Translations under genes and position numbers: made by a program | In this document: positions 1 to 9,368 of the stretch, one piece after another | How the letters are laid out: every line of letters starts with the position of its first letter | How positions within the stretch are numbered: position 1 is the stretch's first letter | From: Chrysochromulina tobinii | Lineage: Eukaryota | Direction: 5' to 3' | DNA: 49,344 bases | NCBI GenBank assembly: GCA_001275005.1 | Contig: JWZX01002894.1 | Location: 1 to 49,344 of the forward strand | Notes under the pieces: model-generated | Database searches by the model: none | The model's input: only the letters and a program-made list of their open reading frames with translations | Told to the model about the DNA's origin: nothing

Positions 1-40
1 CTCCCTCCCTCCCTCCCTCATGCTCCCTCCCCTCCCTCAG

Positions 41-2923
41 GTGGGGTCCGCCATTGTTGACAGCAGCGCAGGCCGCGTGCGATTCGACAGCACTGTCTTG
101 CAGCCGTGCTTCCCGCTCCTAAGCGCTGCCTCCTCGACGCTCCCGATAGCCTTCCTCCGCCCGTCCCCGTTGCCCAGCCACCATCACGACCTCCTCGGTC
201 GCTTTGGGTGCGCCACTAGCGCCGGCAGCATGTTCAGCCAGCTGCAAGCCCTCAAAGCGGTCTGCCTTGCCATGAGCAACGCACCAGCCGGCAGCGGCGG
301 TGGCAGCAGCGGTGGCACTGGTGGCGGTGCGCTTACGACCTCCACCATCATTGGCTGCAGCGGTGGTTCGGGCAGCTCCGGCGCGACATCTTCAGCGCCT
401 CTGCATCGCGCCGTCCTATACGCATTGTACACCTCCCTTGACAACCTCGCCAGCAGCGCGACGAGCGGCGGCGAGGGCGGCAGCGCCGAGGGCGAAGGCG
501 AGGGCGGCCGCGGTGGCGTTGAGAGAGACAAGGGAGCTGCCGGCGGGGACGGCGGCGAGGCAGCCGAGGGGTCGGCCGCGGCCGCGTCCACCGCCCAACA
601 CGACGTCGCGGTTTCGTCCACCGCCGAGCTGCGCGCCGCCTTCGCGCAGCACGCTCTCTTGTGGAAGGGTCCGCAGGCGCCACGTATAGGTGCCTTTGCG
701 ACGAGCAGGAGCGCCCTATGCCACGCGCCACGCACCGCCGCGCTCCTCAACTGCTTCGACCCGTGCGAGAGCTTCCCCGAGATGAGCGCCTTCTTCCTCC
801 ATCGGCTACGCCTGCCGTCTGGAAGCCCAGCCACATGCATGCAAGCACTCACGAAGCTGAGCGATACCCTCGACGTCTGCGGCATTGCGGCCGCTGTACC
901 GCCGTCGGCGGCGAGCACAGCTGAGTCGGCGGCGGCGGTCAGCGGCGCGGCGCTCGACACGACGCCGGACAGCCGCGCGGTAGTGGCGCAGGCGGCGGAG
1001 GTCCTGGCTGAATTAGAGGCCATCGTCCGGGCCGCCAATGCCAACGATGCCCAAGGCGCGTCGAGCCTTCTCGACAACGAGCTGTCGGCCGGCGCAGTGC
1101 GCGCGCTCGCCATTGACATGCGCAATTACATGCCTTGGAGTGTGCGCTCACTTCGTGTGGTCGCCCCTACGGTCGAGGCCCCTCTACTCTATCTGCCGGA
1201 CGTGCCGCCGCCAGCAGGCGCGCTCCTCGGTGCCGCCCCTGTCACGCCCTCAGCGCCAGCGGCGGCGCCGACATCTCTCCCACCCGTCGTGCGACTCTTC
1301 GCTGACGAGGTGGCCTTCGACGCTGGCGCCCTCGCGCGCGCCCCCACCTTTGCGGCATGGCTTCGTTCGCGTCGGTTGCTCGTGCCGTTCGAGGAAGCCG
1401 TTGTAGTGGGCGCGCCGCGGGTGGAGGAGCTGGTCGAGGCGCCGCATCTCGAGCAGATTGCGCGAGATGTGGTCGCACACAAGGCAGCCGAAGCCCTCTC
1501 AGCCGCCCAGGCGGCCAAGGCGGCATTGGCTGAGGTCGAGTCCATCGCTTCCGCCGAGGCGGCCGAGGCGATCGCATCCATTGGTCTGGGCGCATCGGCC
1601 GCGCTCGCCACGGCGCTCGCCGAGACGGAGGTGGAGCAGCTCTTGGCTCTGCAACAGAGCATACAGGTGCGCACGTGTCGACGCATCGAGCAGCCGTGCT
1701 CTCTGCGCCCGCCCATACGCCCAGCGCTTTGGTCGCAGCCGCAGCCGAGCGCCGTGCCGAGCGCGAGCGGAGCACACGTCCGAGCGCAGGCACGAGAAGC
1801 CTCCCTTGCAGCAGCAGTGGCGGCCGGCACCGCATCCTGCAGCGATGCGCCGTGCCGAGCGGAGTACCTTTCACGCCCACCCGTGACACGCTGCCTGGCG
1901 GTGCGCTGGGCGCTGCACGGCGATTCGACGATCGTTCTGTCGATGGAAGTTCCTTCGCTGCTGGCCGCGCTCGCCGAGGCGCTCGAGGCCCTCCTTGCGA
2001 AGGCGGCTCGACGTGCTGCCCGCGAGGCTGCCGCCGCCGCCCAACAGGCAACTCGTGCCAAGGCTGTGGGGAAGGTCGAGAAGCGCGACGCTGCCGATGA
2101 TGACGATGATCATCGCGACGACGCCATGGGCGCGAGCGGTGCTGATGCTGAGGATGATCGTTTGTTGCTCACAACCATCGCACCGAGCCCAAGCACCGCC
2201 CCTTCCTCGTCGTCCGCGTCGTGTCGGGCGGCTTCGTCCGCGTCGTGTCGGGCGGCTTCATCCATGTTGCCGGCCCCAGCGCGTCTGCCGCCTCCTGCAT
2301 GGATCCCTCCCACGCCACTCCCCCCCGGCCAGGGCTTGCACTCGCCCTCGCACCCATCCTCCGACACCGCCAAGCGAGACGCCCGACACGACACGGTCTC
2401 GCCTTCCATCGGGTCGCAGTCGGCACCGCTGTCCATATGCGCCGTGTCGGGCGCGGACGGGCGCACGCTGGTTAGCCCGAGAGCGGAGGCGCTCTACCGT
2501 CTGATGATGGAGGTGGCACGGAACGGCGTGGGCGATGGTACCGGTAATGGTACCGGCCCGGCCGCGGCCGCTGCCATCGCTGACGGGCCGCGGGCGCTCC
2601 CGCACATCTCGTCAGAGCAGCAGCAGCAGCAGCAGCGGCAGCGGCAGCAGCGGCAGCAGCGGCGGCTGATCTCAGAGTCTTTGGAGTCGACAGTGTCGCT
2701 GCCCACCCTGCCGTCAGGGCTGCTGGGCGATGCGATGGAAAAGGAATCGCCAGCTGTGGCCCATGGACTCCGCCGCGCGGCGGCGGATGCACTTGGCATA
2801 GCGGCCGACGGGTCTGCGGCGAACGTACGGCAAGCGCCCTCAGCTGCAGGCCCGCTTTCCGTCTCGACGGATGGCACGAGTGGCGAGGTGCGCGTGCGCT
2901 GTACGCTCTCCGTGGTGAGATAA
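41..2923 (+). CDS. 3' portion of a large uncharacterised Ala/Gly-rich protein (5' exons lie outside the window)
   Basis: A (CTCC)n tract at 1-38 ends in CAG at 38-40 (intron acceptor), in frame with the 967-aa ORF. Probable in-frame intron 1667-1789 (GTGCGC...CGCAG, 123 nt). Poly-Q near 2617-2660; TAA at 2921-2923. The segment FPEMSAFFLHRLRL is only weakly reminiscent of sacsin/NO VEIN-like proteins. Confidence 0.7.
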   Translation: MGSAIVDSSAGRVRFDSTVLQPCFPLLSAASSTLPIAFLRPSPLPSHHHDLLGRFGCATSAGSMFSQLQALKAVCLAMSNAPAGSGGGSSGGTGGGALTTSTIIGCSGGSGSSGATSSAPLHRAVLYALYTSLDNLASSATSGGEGGSAEGEGEGGRGGVERDKGAAGGDGGEAAEGSAAAASTAQHDVAVSSTAELRAAFAQHALLWKGPQAPRIGAFATSRSALCHAPRTAALLNCFDPCESFPEMSAFFLHRLRLPSGSPATCMQALTKLSDTLDVCGIAAAVPPSAASTAESAAAVSGAALDTTPDSRAVVAQAAEVLAELEAIVRAANANDAQGASSLLDNELSAGAVRALAIDMRNYMPWSVRSLRVVAPTVEAPLLYLPDVPPPAGALLGAAPVTPSAPAAAPTSLPPVVRLFADEVAFDAGALARAPTFAAWLRSRRLLVPFEEAVVVGAPRVEELVEAPHLEQIARDVVAHKAAEALSAAQAAKAALAEVESIASAEAAEAIASIGLGASAALATALAETEVEQLLALQQSIQVRTCRRIEQPCSLRPPIRPALWSQPQPSAVPSASGAHVRAQAREASLAAAVAAGTASCSDAPCRAEYLSRPPVTRCLAVRWALHGDSTIVLSMEVPSLLAALAEALEALLAKAARRAAREAAAAAQQATRAKAVGKVEKRDAADDDDDHRDDAMGASGADAEDDRLLLTTIAPSPSTAPSSSSASCRAASSASCRAASSMLPAPARLPPPAWIPPTPLPPGQGLHSPSHPSSDTAKRDARHDTVSPSIGSQSAPLSICAVSGADGRTLVSPRAEALYRLMMEVARNGVGDGTGNGTGPAAAAAIADGPRALPHISSEQQQQQQRQRQQRQQRRLISESLESTVSLPTLPSGLLGDAMEKESPAVAHGLRRAAADALGIAADGSAANVRQAPSAAGPLSVSTDGTSGEVRVRCTLSVVR

Positions 2924-3533
2924 GTTCTATCATCGTACTTCGTAGCGTGGGAATAATCATAACGTCTGTGTGCAGCGGGCTCCTATAGTACATGGCCGTA
3001 CGTCACTGCGGCATCCTTCGTATCGCTCCGCCGGCTACGAGTTCTCGCGATTTGCTTGAGCTCCTCTCGGCTGCCGTCCGGTCGGGTCGTAACACGATAC
3101 ACGTAAGCCGATCCCCGTGTCGCGTGCCCGTGCGGGGCCGCCGGTGTCGGCTCGCCAGTGTGCGGCTCGCTCTGCCCTCTGCGTCGTTTTTGGATTATGG
3201 TCTGGTCTGGCTTTCGCCGGGCCTCCGATCTCTTTACATCCGAGCGTATGGGTAACGGCTTACGGCTTAGACCTTAGTCCGGCCCTACGGACCCGTCCGC
3301 CCACACCTATGCGTGACTGTGCCGTGTCGCGCGCTGCCGGCTGCGGAAAGCTCCAAAGCACAAACACGACCCTAACCGATCTGGCGACGAAGATATTGAG
3401 TGCTGCTATTGAGCGGCCGGCCCCTACGGTCGTGGTACAGCCCGTAGACCGTTCCGAGCGGTGCAGCCGACGCCGTTAGGGGGGGGGGGCTTGTTCAATC
3501 GCGAATCGGCACCGTGGGTCACCCTTGTTCGGT

Positions 3534-4415
3534 TCAATCGACGGTGGGCGTCGATTGAGGAGGTGGAGCATCTGGCATCCGCTTACGCCCGCCGTTGGCG
3601 CTGGGCTTCTCGGAGTGAGCGGCAATGCACGGCCCGCGGTAGCCCTGCGCGGCCACGCCGCCGTCGATGGCGAGGCACTGCCCTGTAACGTACGCCGCCG
3701 CGGGCATGCATAGGAAGGCGACAGCGCCCGCTGTGTCCGAAGGCTCTCCCAGGCTGCCGAGCGGCGTGGCCTCGCACACCTTGTCGAGCTGCGAAGGGTC
3801 CTTGGCTACGGCCGCCTCGAGGAGGGGCGTGCGCGCCATCCAGGGCGCAACCGCGTTCACGCGGATCCCGTACGCGGCCCACTCGCACGCCATAGCCTCG
3901 CTCATGTGGATCATGGCCGCCTTGGTCATTGCGTAGATGACGCCCGTGCCCGACGAGCGCAGCCCGGCGAGTGAGGCAACGTTAACAATGCTCGCGCGCT
4001 CGGACTTGCGCAACAGCGGCAGGCACGCCTTGCACATGTAGTACGCCGACGTTTGATTCGTGCTCACCATGGTTTCATACTCGGCGTCGGTCGACTCAGC
4101 AACCGGCTTGCGGATGTTCGTGCCGACGTTATTCACGAGCCCGTCCAACGTGCCCCCCCACAGTGCGATTGCTTTTGCCACGAGCGCCTCGCGCCCCTCG
4201 ACCGTCGCCACGTCCGCGGCGAGCACGTGCACGCGCTCCGCGCCGTGCTCCTTGGCGAGTGGCTCGGCCGCGACGAGCAAATCAGCCTCGCCCCGTGCCG
4301 TGAGAAGCACCGAAGCGCCAAGGGAGAGAAATTCAACGACGCATGCGAGGCCGAGGCCCTTGGATCCGCCTGTCACGATCACACGGTAGCCGTCAAGGCG
4401 CCAGCGCGAGCTCAT
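3534..4415 (-). CDS. Tropinone reductase-like classical short-chain dehydrogenase/reductase
   Basis: ATG at 4415 (MSSRWRLDG). TGGSKGLG Rossmann motif, LVNNVGTNIRKP, catalytic YAMTK, EWA..GIRVNAVAPW and YVTGQ...IDGG. Intronless. Confidence 0.93.
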   Translation of the reverse strand: MSSRWRLDGYRVIVTGGSKGLGLACVVEFLSLGASVLLTARGEADLLVAAEPLAKEHGAERVHVLAADVATVEGREALVAKAIALWGGTLDGLVNNVGTNIRKPVAESTDAEYETMVSTNQTSAYYMCKACLPLLRKSERASIVNVASLAGLRSSGTGVIYAMTKAAMIHMSEAMACEWAAYGIRVNAVAPWMARTPLLEAAVAKDPSQLDKVCEATPLGSLGEPSDTAGAVAFLCMPAAAYVTGQCLAIDGGVAAQGYRGPCIAAHSEKPSANGGRKRMPDAPPPQSTPTVD

Positions 4416-4886
4416 CGGGGCGGCTTGCACCGCGCTCGCGAAGCGACACGCTCGCGTGTGCGACCGCGAGAAATATAAATTGTCCTCACTCGCTAATAGT
4501 CGGCGCGCGCCGCCCGCCGCGACGGCGCTTCTCGCTCCCACAACCAAACGCCGCACCCATGCGGAAAAGGTGGAGGTCACGAAAAACGCGCATGAATTTT
4601 TTTGTGATTGCCTTGTCATCTTTTGCTTGAGGCGGGCCATCGGCGGGAGAAGAGTCTGATCTCTTGGTCGCAAGCGCCTTGCAGCGAATCGTCGTGCTCG
4701 TGACGAGAATGCCCATGAACTCGCGCGAGAATGTCGCAATCAACCAGCAACCCTTGCCCGTGGTACCCCATCAGACGATGAGTAAGCGCACCAACGGTAA
4801 ATGCTCAACCCTCGGCAAGTCCCACGCCATGTTCTGACCGACTCTCGTCGTGCTCCTCCCATCCCGGATGCCCAGGGCCCGCGCGC

Positions 4887-6134
4887 ATGAGCAAGTCGAT
4901 GTCGAACAGGAGCATCGAGCAGAACATCATGAAATGGGACTCCGACAACGACACCGACCAGCACACGACGCCCTCCTCGCCAGACACGGTCCTGTCCTTC
5001 AACTTCTTCTCCGCTGCCCCGAGCATCTGGTCCTTGTCGAAGAGCGAGACACCGGACGCACGCTCGGCCTCGGCGTCGCGCAAGTACCCCACGATGGTCT
5101 CCATCGAACCGCACCAGTCGATCCTCATCGACGGCGCGTCGCAGCAGCTCGTTGTCTCCGTAGGCTCGCCGAGGTTCTCTCCAACGACTCCGGCGTGCGT
5201 CGAGAAGCTGCCCGGCTACGAGCCGATCATCGTTCCACCCGAGCCCCCGCCCGCGGCGTCACAGTACATCTACCCCACGGCCCAGCATTCGCCGTTCGTA
5301 TCTTTGCCAGCGCCATGGTCGATCCCGCCACTGGCGCCGCGCACGGCCTTCGAAGCGTCCCTCGAGGCGGCGAGCTGCCCGTTGCCGAACTGGTTCGAGC
5401 CTCGCTCGACGGTGCCCATCGAGCTGGTGCCCGTGCCCGCGCAGCCGTATGCGCTCATGCCCACGCAGACAATGCCGTCTCAGGCATGCTACCCGCTCGT
5501 GCTCGGCGCGTGTGCGCGGTGCGACGTCGAGGACGAGGTCGAGGACGTGCCGTACCTCGACGGACCTGAGGGTGACCTCGAGCGGGCCATCGAGCCGGGC
5601 GCAAAGCTCGACGGCATGCGGGAGCTCGACGCGCGCGGTGCCACACGCGTCCTGAGCCCGCTCGACCATACCATCGACCAGATCATCGCCAGCACCATGA
5701 ACCAGAAGACGAAGATGTGCGATTCCGTCATGCTCGATGGCGGGCACGTGTGGAACACCGTCGGCAGGTTTGCCGGCCGCTGGACGCCGCTCTGCCACGA
5801 CATGATCGTCGAGCCCATGCCATGCGGTCCGAGCGTCCACAACAAGATGCAGACGGGCTGGTACGAGGGGCGCCAGGCTCGCTGCCGGTACGCGCACTCG
5901 GCCGCCGAGCTCGTACACGAGCGCCACCGAGCGTACAGCGAGATCAGGGAACTGCTCAAGCACCACATCAAGGACGATGCGTTCTTTAACATGGAGCGGC
6001 GCGCGCGCGAAAAGTACGAGCAGCTGCGCAAGCTCGATCTGTATCAGATTCGGGCAGAACTCGCATCCGTCGTCGGCACCAAGCGCAGCTCTCACCATGC
6101 ACGCATCGCGCGCACGCTCAAGCTCAAGCAGTAA
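4887..6134 (+). CDS. Uncharacterised protein with Pro-rich N-terminal half and an atypical CCCH-like zinc finger
   Basis: 415-aa ATG..TAA ORF with strong GC3 codon bias. Motif RWTPLC-x9-C-x19-CRYAHSAAEL at about 5778-5912. Confidence 0.7.
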   Translation: MSKSMSNRSIEQNIMKWDSDNDTDQHTTPSSPDTVLSFNFFSAAPSIWSLSKSETPDARSASASRKYPTMVSIEPHQSILIDGASQQLVVSVGSPRFSPTTPACVEKLPGYEPIIVPPEPPPAASQYIYPTAQHSPFVSLPAPWSIPPLAPRTAFEASLEAASCPLPNWFEPRSTVPIELVPVPAQPYALMPTQTMPSQACYPLVLGACARCDVEDEVEDVPYLDGPEGDLERAIEPGAKLDGMRELDARGATRVLSPLDHTIDQIIASTMNQKTKMCDSVMLDGGHVWNTVGRFAGRWTPLCHDMIVEPMPCGPSVHNKMQTGWYEGRQARCRYAHSAAELVHERHRAYSEIRELLKHHIKDDAFFNMERRAREKYEQLRKLDLYQIRAELASVVGTKRSSHHARIARTLKLKQ

Positions 6135-6879
6135 GCGCGCGCGAGACGCGAGCGCCGCGAGCTCCTGCCCGAGATATGTCCGAGAATCACGCGTCCGAGA
6201 TGAGCGCAGAGAGAGGCTACGAGCTCGAGAGAACCCTTGCGCGCGCATGATGCTGAGAGCGAGATGGCGCCGGCGGTGTGTAAGCTGTCGTGTTGGAGGG
6301 GGGGCGGACAGAGGCCTTGCCGCGTGAGCTGACAAGTGGGGAAGGGCGCATGATGCGGGCGCGATGCAAGCACATGCGCGGTGCGGCCATGGCGGACCAA
6401 GCACGGAGAGCTACGACCCGCTGCGAGCACGGGTGAACGTTTGCGCGTGCGCCGTGTGTGAGAGTCCACTGTGTGGCCCGGGTTCTATTTACCGCATGTG
6501 GGCATAGGTGGCATACAAGCGGGTGCGGTGTGCGGAGTGTTGGGTGGTCCGCGGAGTGGCGGTCAGGCAGACGAGCACCTGGGAAAGGTGTGAGAGGATA
6601 TTATGGGTGGCGGTGCGCGTGCGGTGACAGAGTAACGAGTATACTGTGCACATCACATCCACGTGACGTCTGACCCACCACACACGAAAATATGCATGCG
6701 ACAACCGAGCAGCAACGAGCACGGATCTGCAGTTTCGGTCGCGGGAGACGCGCTCACCATAAGTTCAGTCGGCGAGGGCGCGCTTGGGCGACACTATGGG
6801 CCGCGCTAGGCCTGCGCACGGCGGCGGCACCCATCGGCCCTCAGACGAGCCCGTGGCGTAGTTCTCGGCGTCGCGCGCG

Positions 6880-8946
6880 AGGATGGCGCTCGGAGGCACT
6901 CTGATCGAGAACGATGCATTTGCACCCGCTCTCCGCTCTCCGCTCGCGGCTCGCGGCTCGACGCGCACAGCAGGGCGAGCTCGCCATAGTGGTCGCCCGC
7001 GCCGTAGCACATGACCGGGTGCTCGACTTCCGCCAGGTAGAAGGTAGCTCGAGGAGGAGGATGTAGAAGGTTGTCCGTTTTGGACCTCGTTAACAAAGGC
7101 GACGCATGCGGCGAGGCCGCCCTCCTCGAAGCCATCGTCGAGGCCGCCCTCCTCGAAGCCATCGTCGAGGCCGCCCTCCTCGAAGCCATCGTCGAGGCCG
7201 CCCTATTCGAAGCGATCGACGAGGCCGCCCTACTCGAAGCCATCGTCGAGGCCGCCCTTCTCGAAGCAATCGTCGAGGCCGCCCTCCTCGAAGCCATCGT
7301 CGAGGCCGCCCTATTCGAAGCCATCGTCGAGGTCGCCCTCCTCGAAGCCATCGTCGAGGCCGTCATCCTCGAAGCCATCGTCGAGGCCGCCCTCCTCGAA
7401 GCCATCGGCGAGGCCGAGTCCTCTGTGAATGTTAAGGAGGTCCAAGGGGCTGGCAGGCGAATCGCCCCATTCGCTCAGAGAGTTGAAGCGCGGGTTGCAT
7501 TAGCTCGCCATTAGCGAGAGTTGAAGCGCGGGCTGCTCGCCACGACGCGGGCTGCTCGCCACGACGCGGGCTGCTCGCCACGACCTACTCGAAGCGCATG
7601 CGCTGCTGCAAGTACTTTGGGAGCACGAAAGACCTCACGCTCGGTCGCTTGGAGGACGGTCGCATGTAGCACGCCATCGGTGCGTGCGATCACGGACGCC
7701 TTGCACGAGCAGCTATAGACGAGGGCGAGCTTGCTATAGGTGGCGCCCGGCCCGTACTCGGCTAGACTCGGCCACCTTAGCGCCCGGCAGCGGGGCCCGG
7801 GCGCCACGAAGCACTCGAGCGCTTCCTTCGTTCCCTCCTACGTAGACAGAAGTCGACCGTCCTGCACGATGACTTGCTCACCTGTGGGGAGATTTGGAAT
7901 GGAAAGGCAGCGCGCGGCGCATCCCGCCGTCGAGGGAGCGGAAGAGGAAGGAGGCCTCGAGGTACGCGTCCAGCCGCGCGATCGACTCGGGCGGCTTGGC
8001 GTGCTGTGGAATCGTCGAGAAGTGCACAACGGCCACAAGGACGACCGACTCCGACCTCGTCGGTCTTGCTTCCCTTCTTGCGGCTGGCACCGCGCCGCCA
8101 TTCGCCCAGTTCGGGTCGAGAAGCCGAAAGAGCTCCGGCCCGCCCATCTCCGCTGCGTACTCGAGCGCCGTATCGAGCGCCGTATTTCCCGCCACGTCAC
8201 GCACCGAGATACGTGAGCTCGCGCGCCGAGCATGCACGTGCGGCATGCGCCATCTCTGTAACTTGACCAGAGAGCACGAGGGCGGTCTCACTGTGCTTGT
8301 TGTGCGCGTCGACGGCGGCACCCGCGCGGAGGAACTCGGCGAGACACTCCTCCTACCCTTCGGCCGCGCTTCGAAGCGTCGTGCCGAGCGTCTTCGGCTC
8401 TCGTGCGTCGGCTGGCACGCCTGCCTCGAGTAGCGTGACCACCTGCTCGACCTCGCTCGCGGCGACCGCCTCAAAGAGCGCGGGCGCGTCGGTGTGCTGC
8501 GGCGCGCTACCGTCGATGGTGGCGTCGAACATCTGCCCGACGTAGCCGCCCGCCAGCCCGCCGTTGCCGCCGCCGCCGCCGATGACCCCAGAAGCTCGTG
8601 ACACGCCTGTGAGCATCGCAGCGCACTCGTCGAGCACAAAGGCAACCACGTTGGCGGGCTGCGAGCGGATGGCGCGCTCGAGGATGCCCTCGAGAATATC
8701 GGTGGCGTAAATCTCCTTGAGGTACGCCGTCAGCCCCTCTGCCGACGGGTCCACGTCCGTGCGCGATCTCCACTCGACCGGCGGTGGCAGGCACAGGGCG
8801 GCCGATGCCTGCTGCGGGTAGCATGCGCGGAGCCACACGATGGCGTACGCGAGGAGCACATCCGGCTTGTCCTTGCACACGCTCTCGAGCAGCGCCTCGA
8901 GCATCGGGCGCATCGCCACCGACTCGAGCCACGCCTCGTCCGCCAT
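6880..8946 (-). pseudogene. Degraded PKA regulatory-subunit-like gene: two RIIa/Dpy-30-like docking domains, ankyrin repeats, two cNMP-binding domains
   Basis: ATG 8946 (MADEAWLE...LLESVCKDKPD; second copy LTAYLKE...ILERAIRSQPANVVAF). Ankyrin repeats are broken by TAG 8353-8355 (AAEG*EECLAEFLRAGAAVDAHNKHSETAL) and frameshifts. Then KPPESIARLDAYLEASFLFRSLD, GEQVIVQ and YGPGATYSKLALVY (CNB-A), and YGAGDHYGELALL..PRA and KCIVLDQSASER (CNB-B), spread over different frames. Confidence 0.8.
7112..7417. repeat. 27-nt tandem repeat, about 11 copies (CGAGGCCGCCCTCCTCGAAGCCATCGT)
   Basis: Directly visible, with a few substitutions per unit. Produces spurious ORFs in several frames. Confidence 0.97.
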
Positions 8947-9368
8947 GTTTGGCGAGAGAGCCCAACCAAAACTATTTCGCGAGCAAGCAGCATCTGCCTT
9001 CTCTTGCCTTACCTTCACTACAAGCTCCTGGGTCCTTTACATGAAGCATTCATAGAAGGCGTAGAGTTCGGAAGTGTGAAAAGTGTTTCGGTCGCCACTT
9101 GTGCTGCCCGACTCGCAGTCGCTGTCGCAGAGAGCGCGAGAGCTTGCGGTGCGCGACCTCGACACGACGCCCATCCCTGGGCGGCCGCCATCGCGTGGCC
9201 TGGCTGATAACAGCTGCATGGTCCACCTGGGCGCGCGCGCTCGGCACGGGCCTGCCTGCCGTCGTCCGTGGCCGCAGCGCTCCTCTGCACCTTGCAATGC
9301 GCACCTCTCTGCGTGGCCACCTGAGCGCTCGCACGCGCGCCGCTCGTGCGCTCGCAGGGCCTGGCAGG

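Noticed and set aside
2990..3490. Possible MITE or telomere-like relic (ACCCTAACC at ~3369, short inverted repeats, G11 run at 3479-3489)
   Set aside because: Only one telomere-like unit, and no convincing terminal inverted repeats or target-site duplication.
7071..7514. ORFs made of LEAIVEAAL, PRSHRRGRP or ASRRAASTM repeats; array considered as CRISPR
   Set aside because: They are by-products of a 27-nt tandem repeat. There are no unique spacers or cas genes, and the context is eukaryotic.
9099..9368. N-terminal extensions from the ORF track (COPA, SDR, ARC1, BCS1, SGNH)
   Set aside because: They begin at non-ATG codons or precede the conserved family N-terminus; downstream ATGs fit better.
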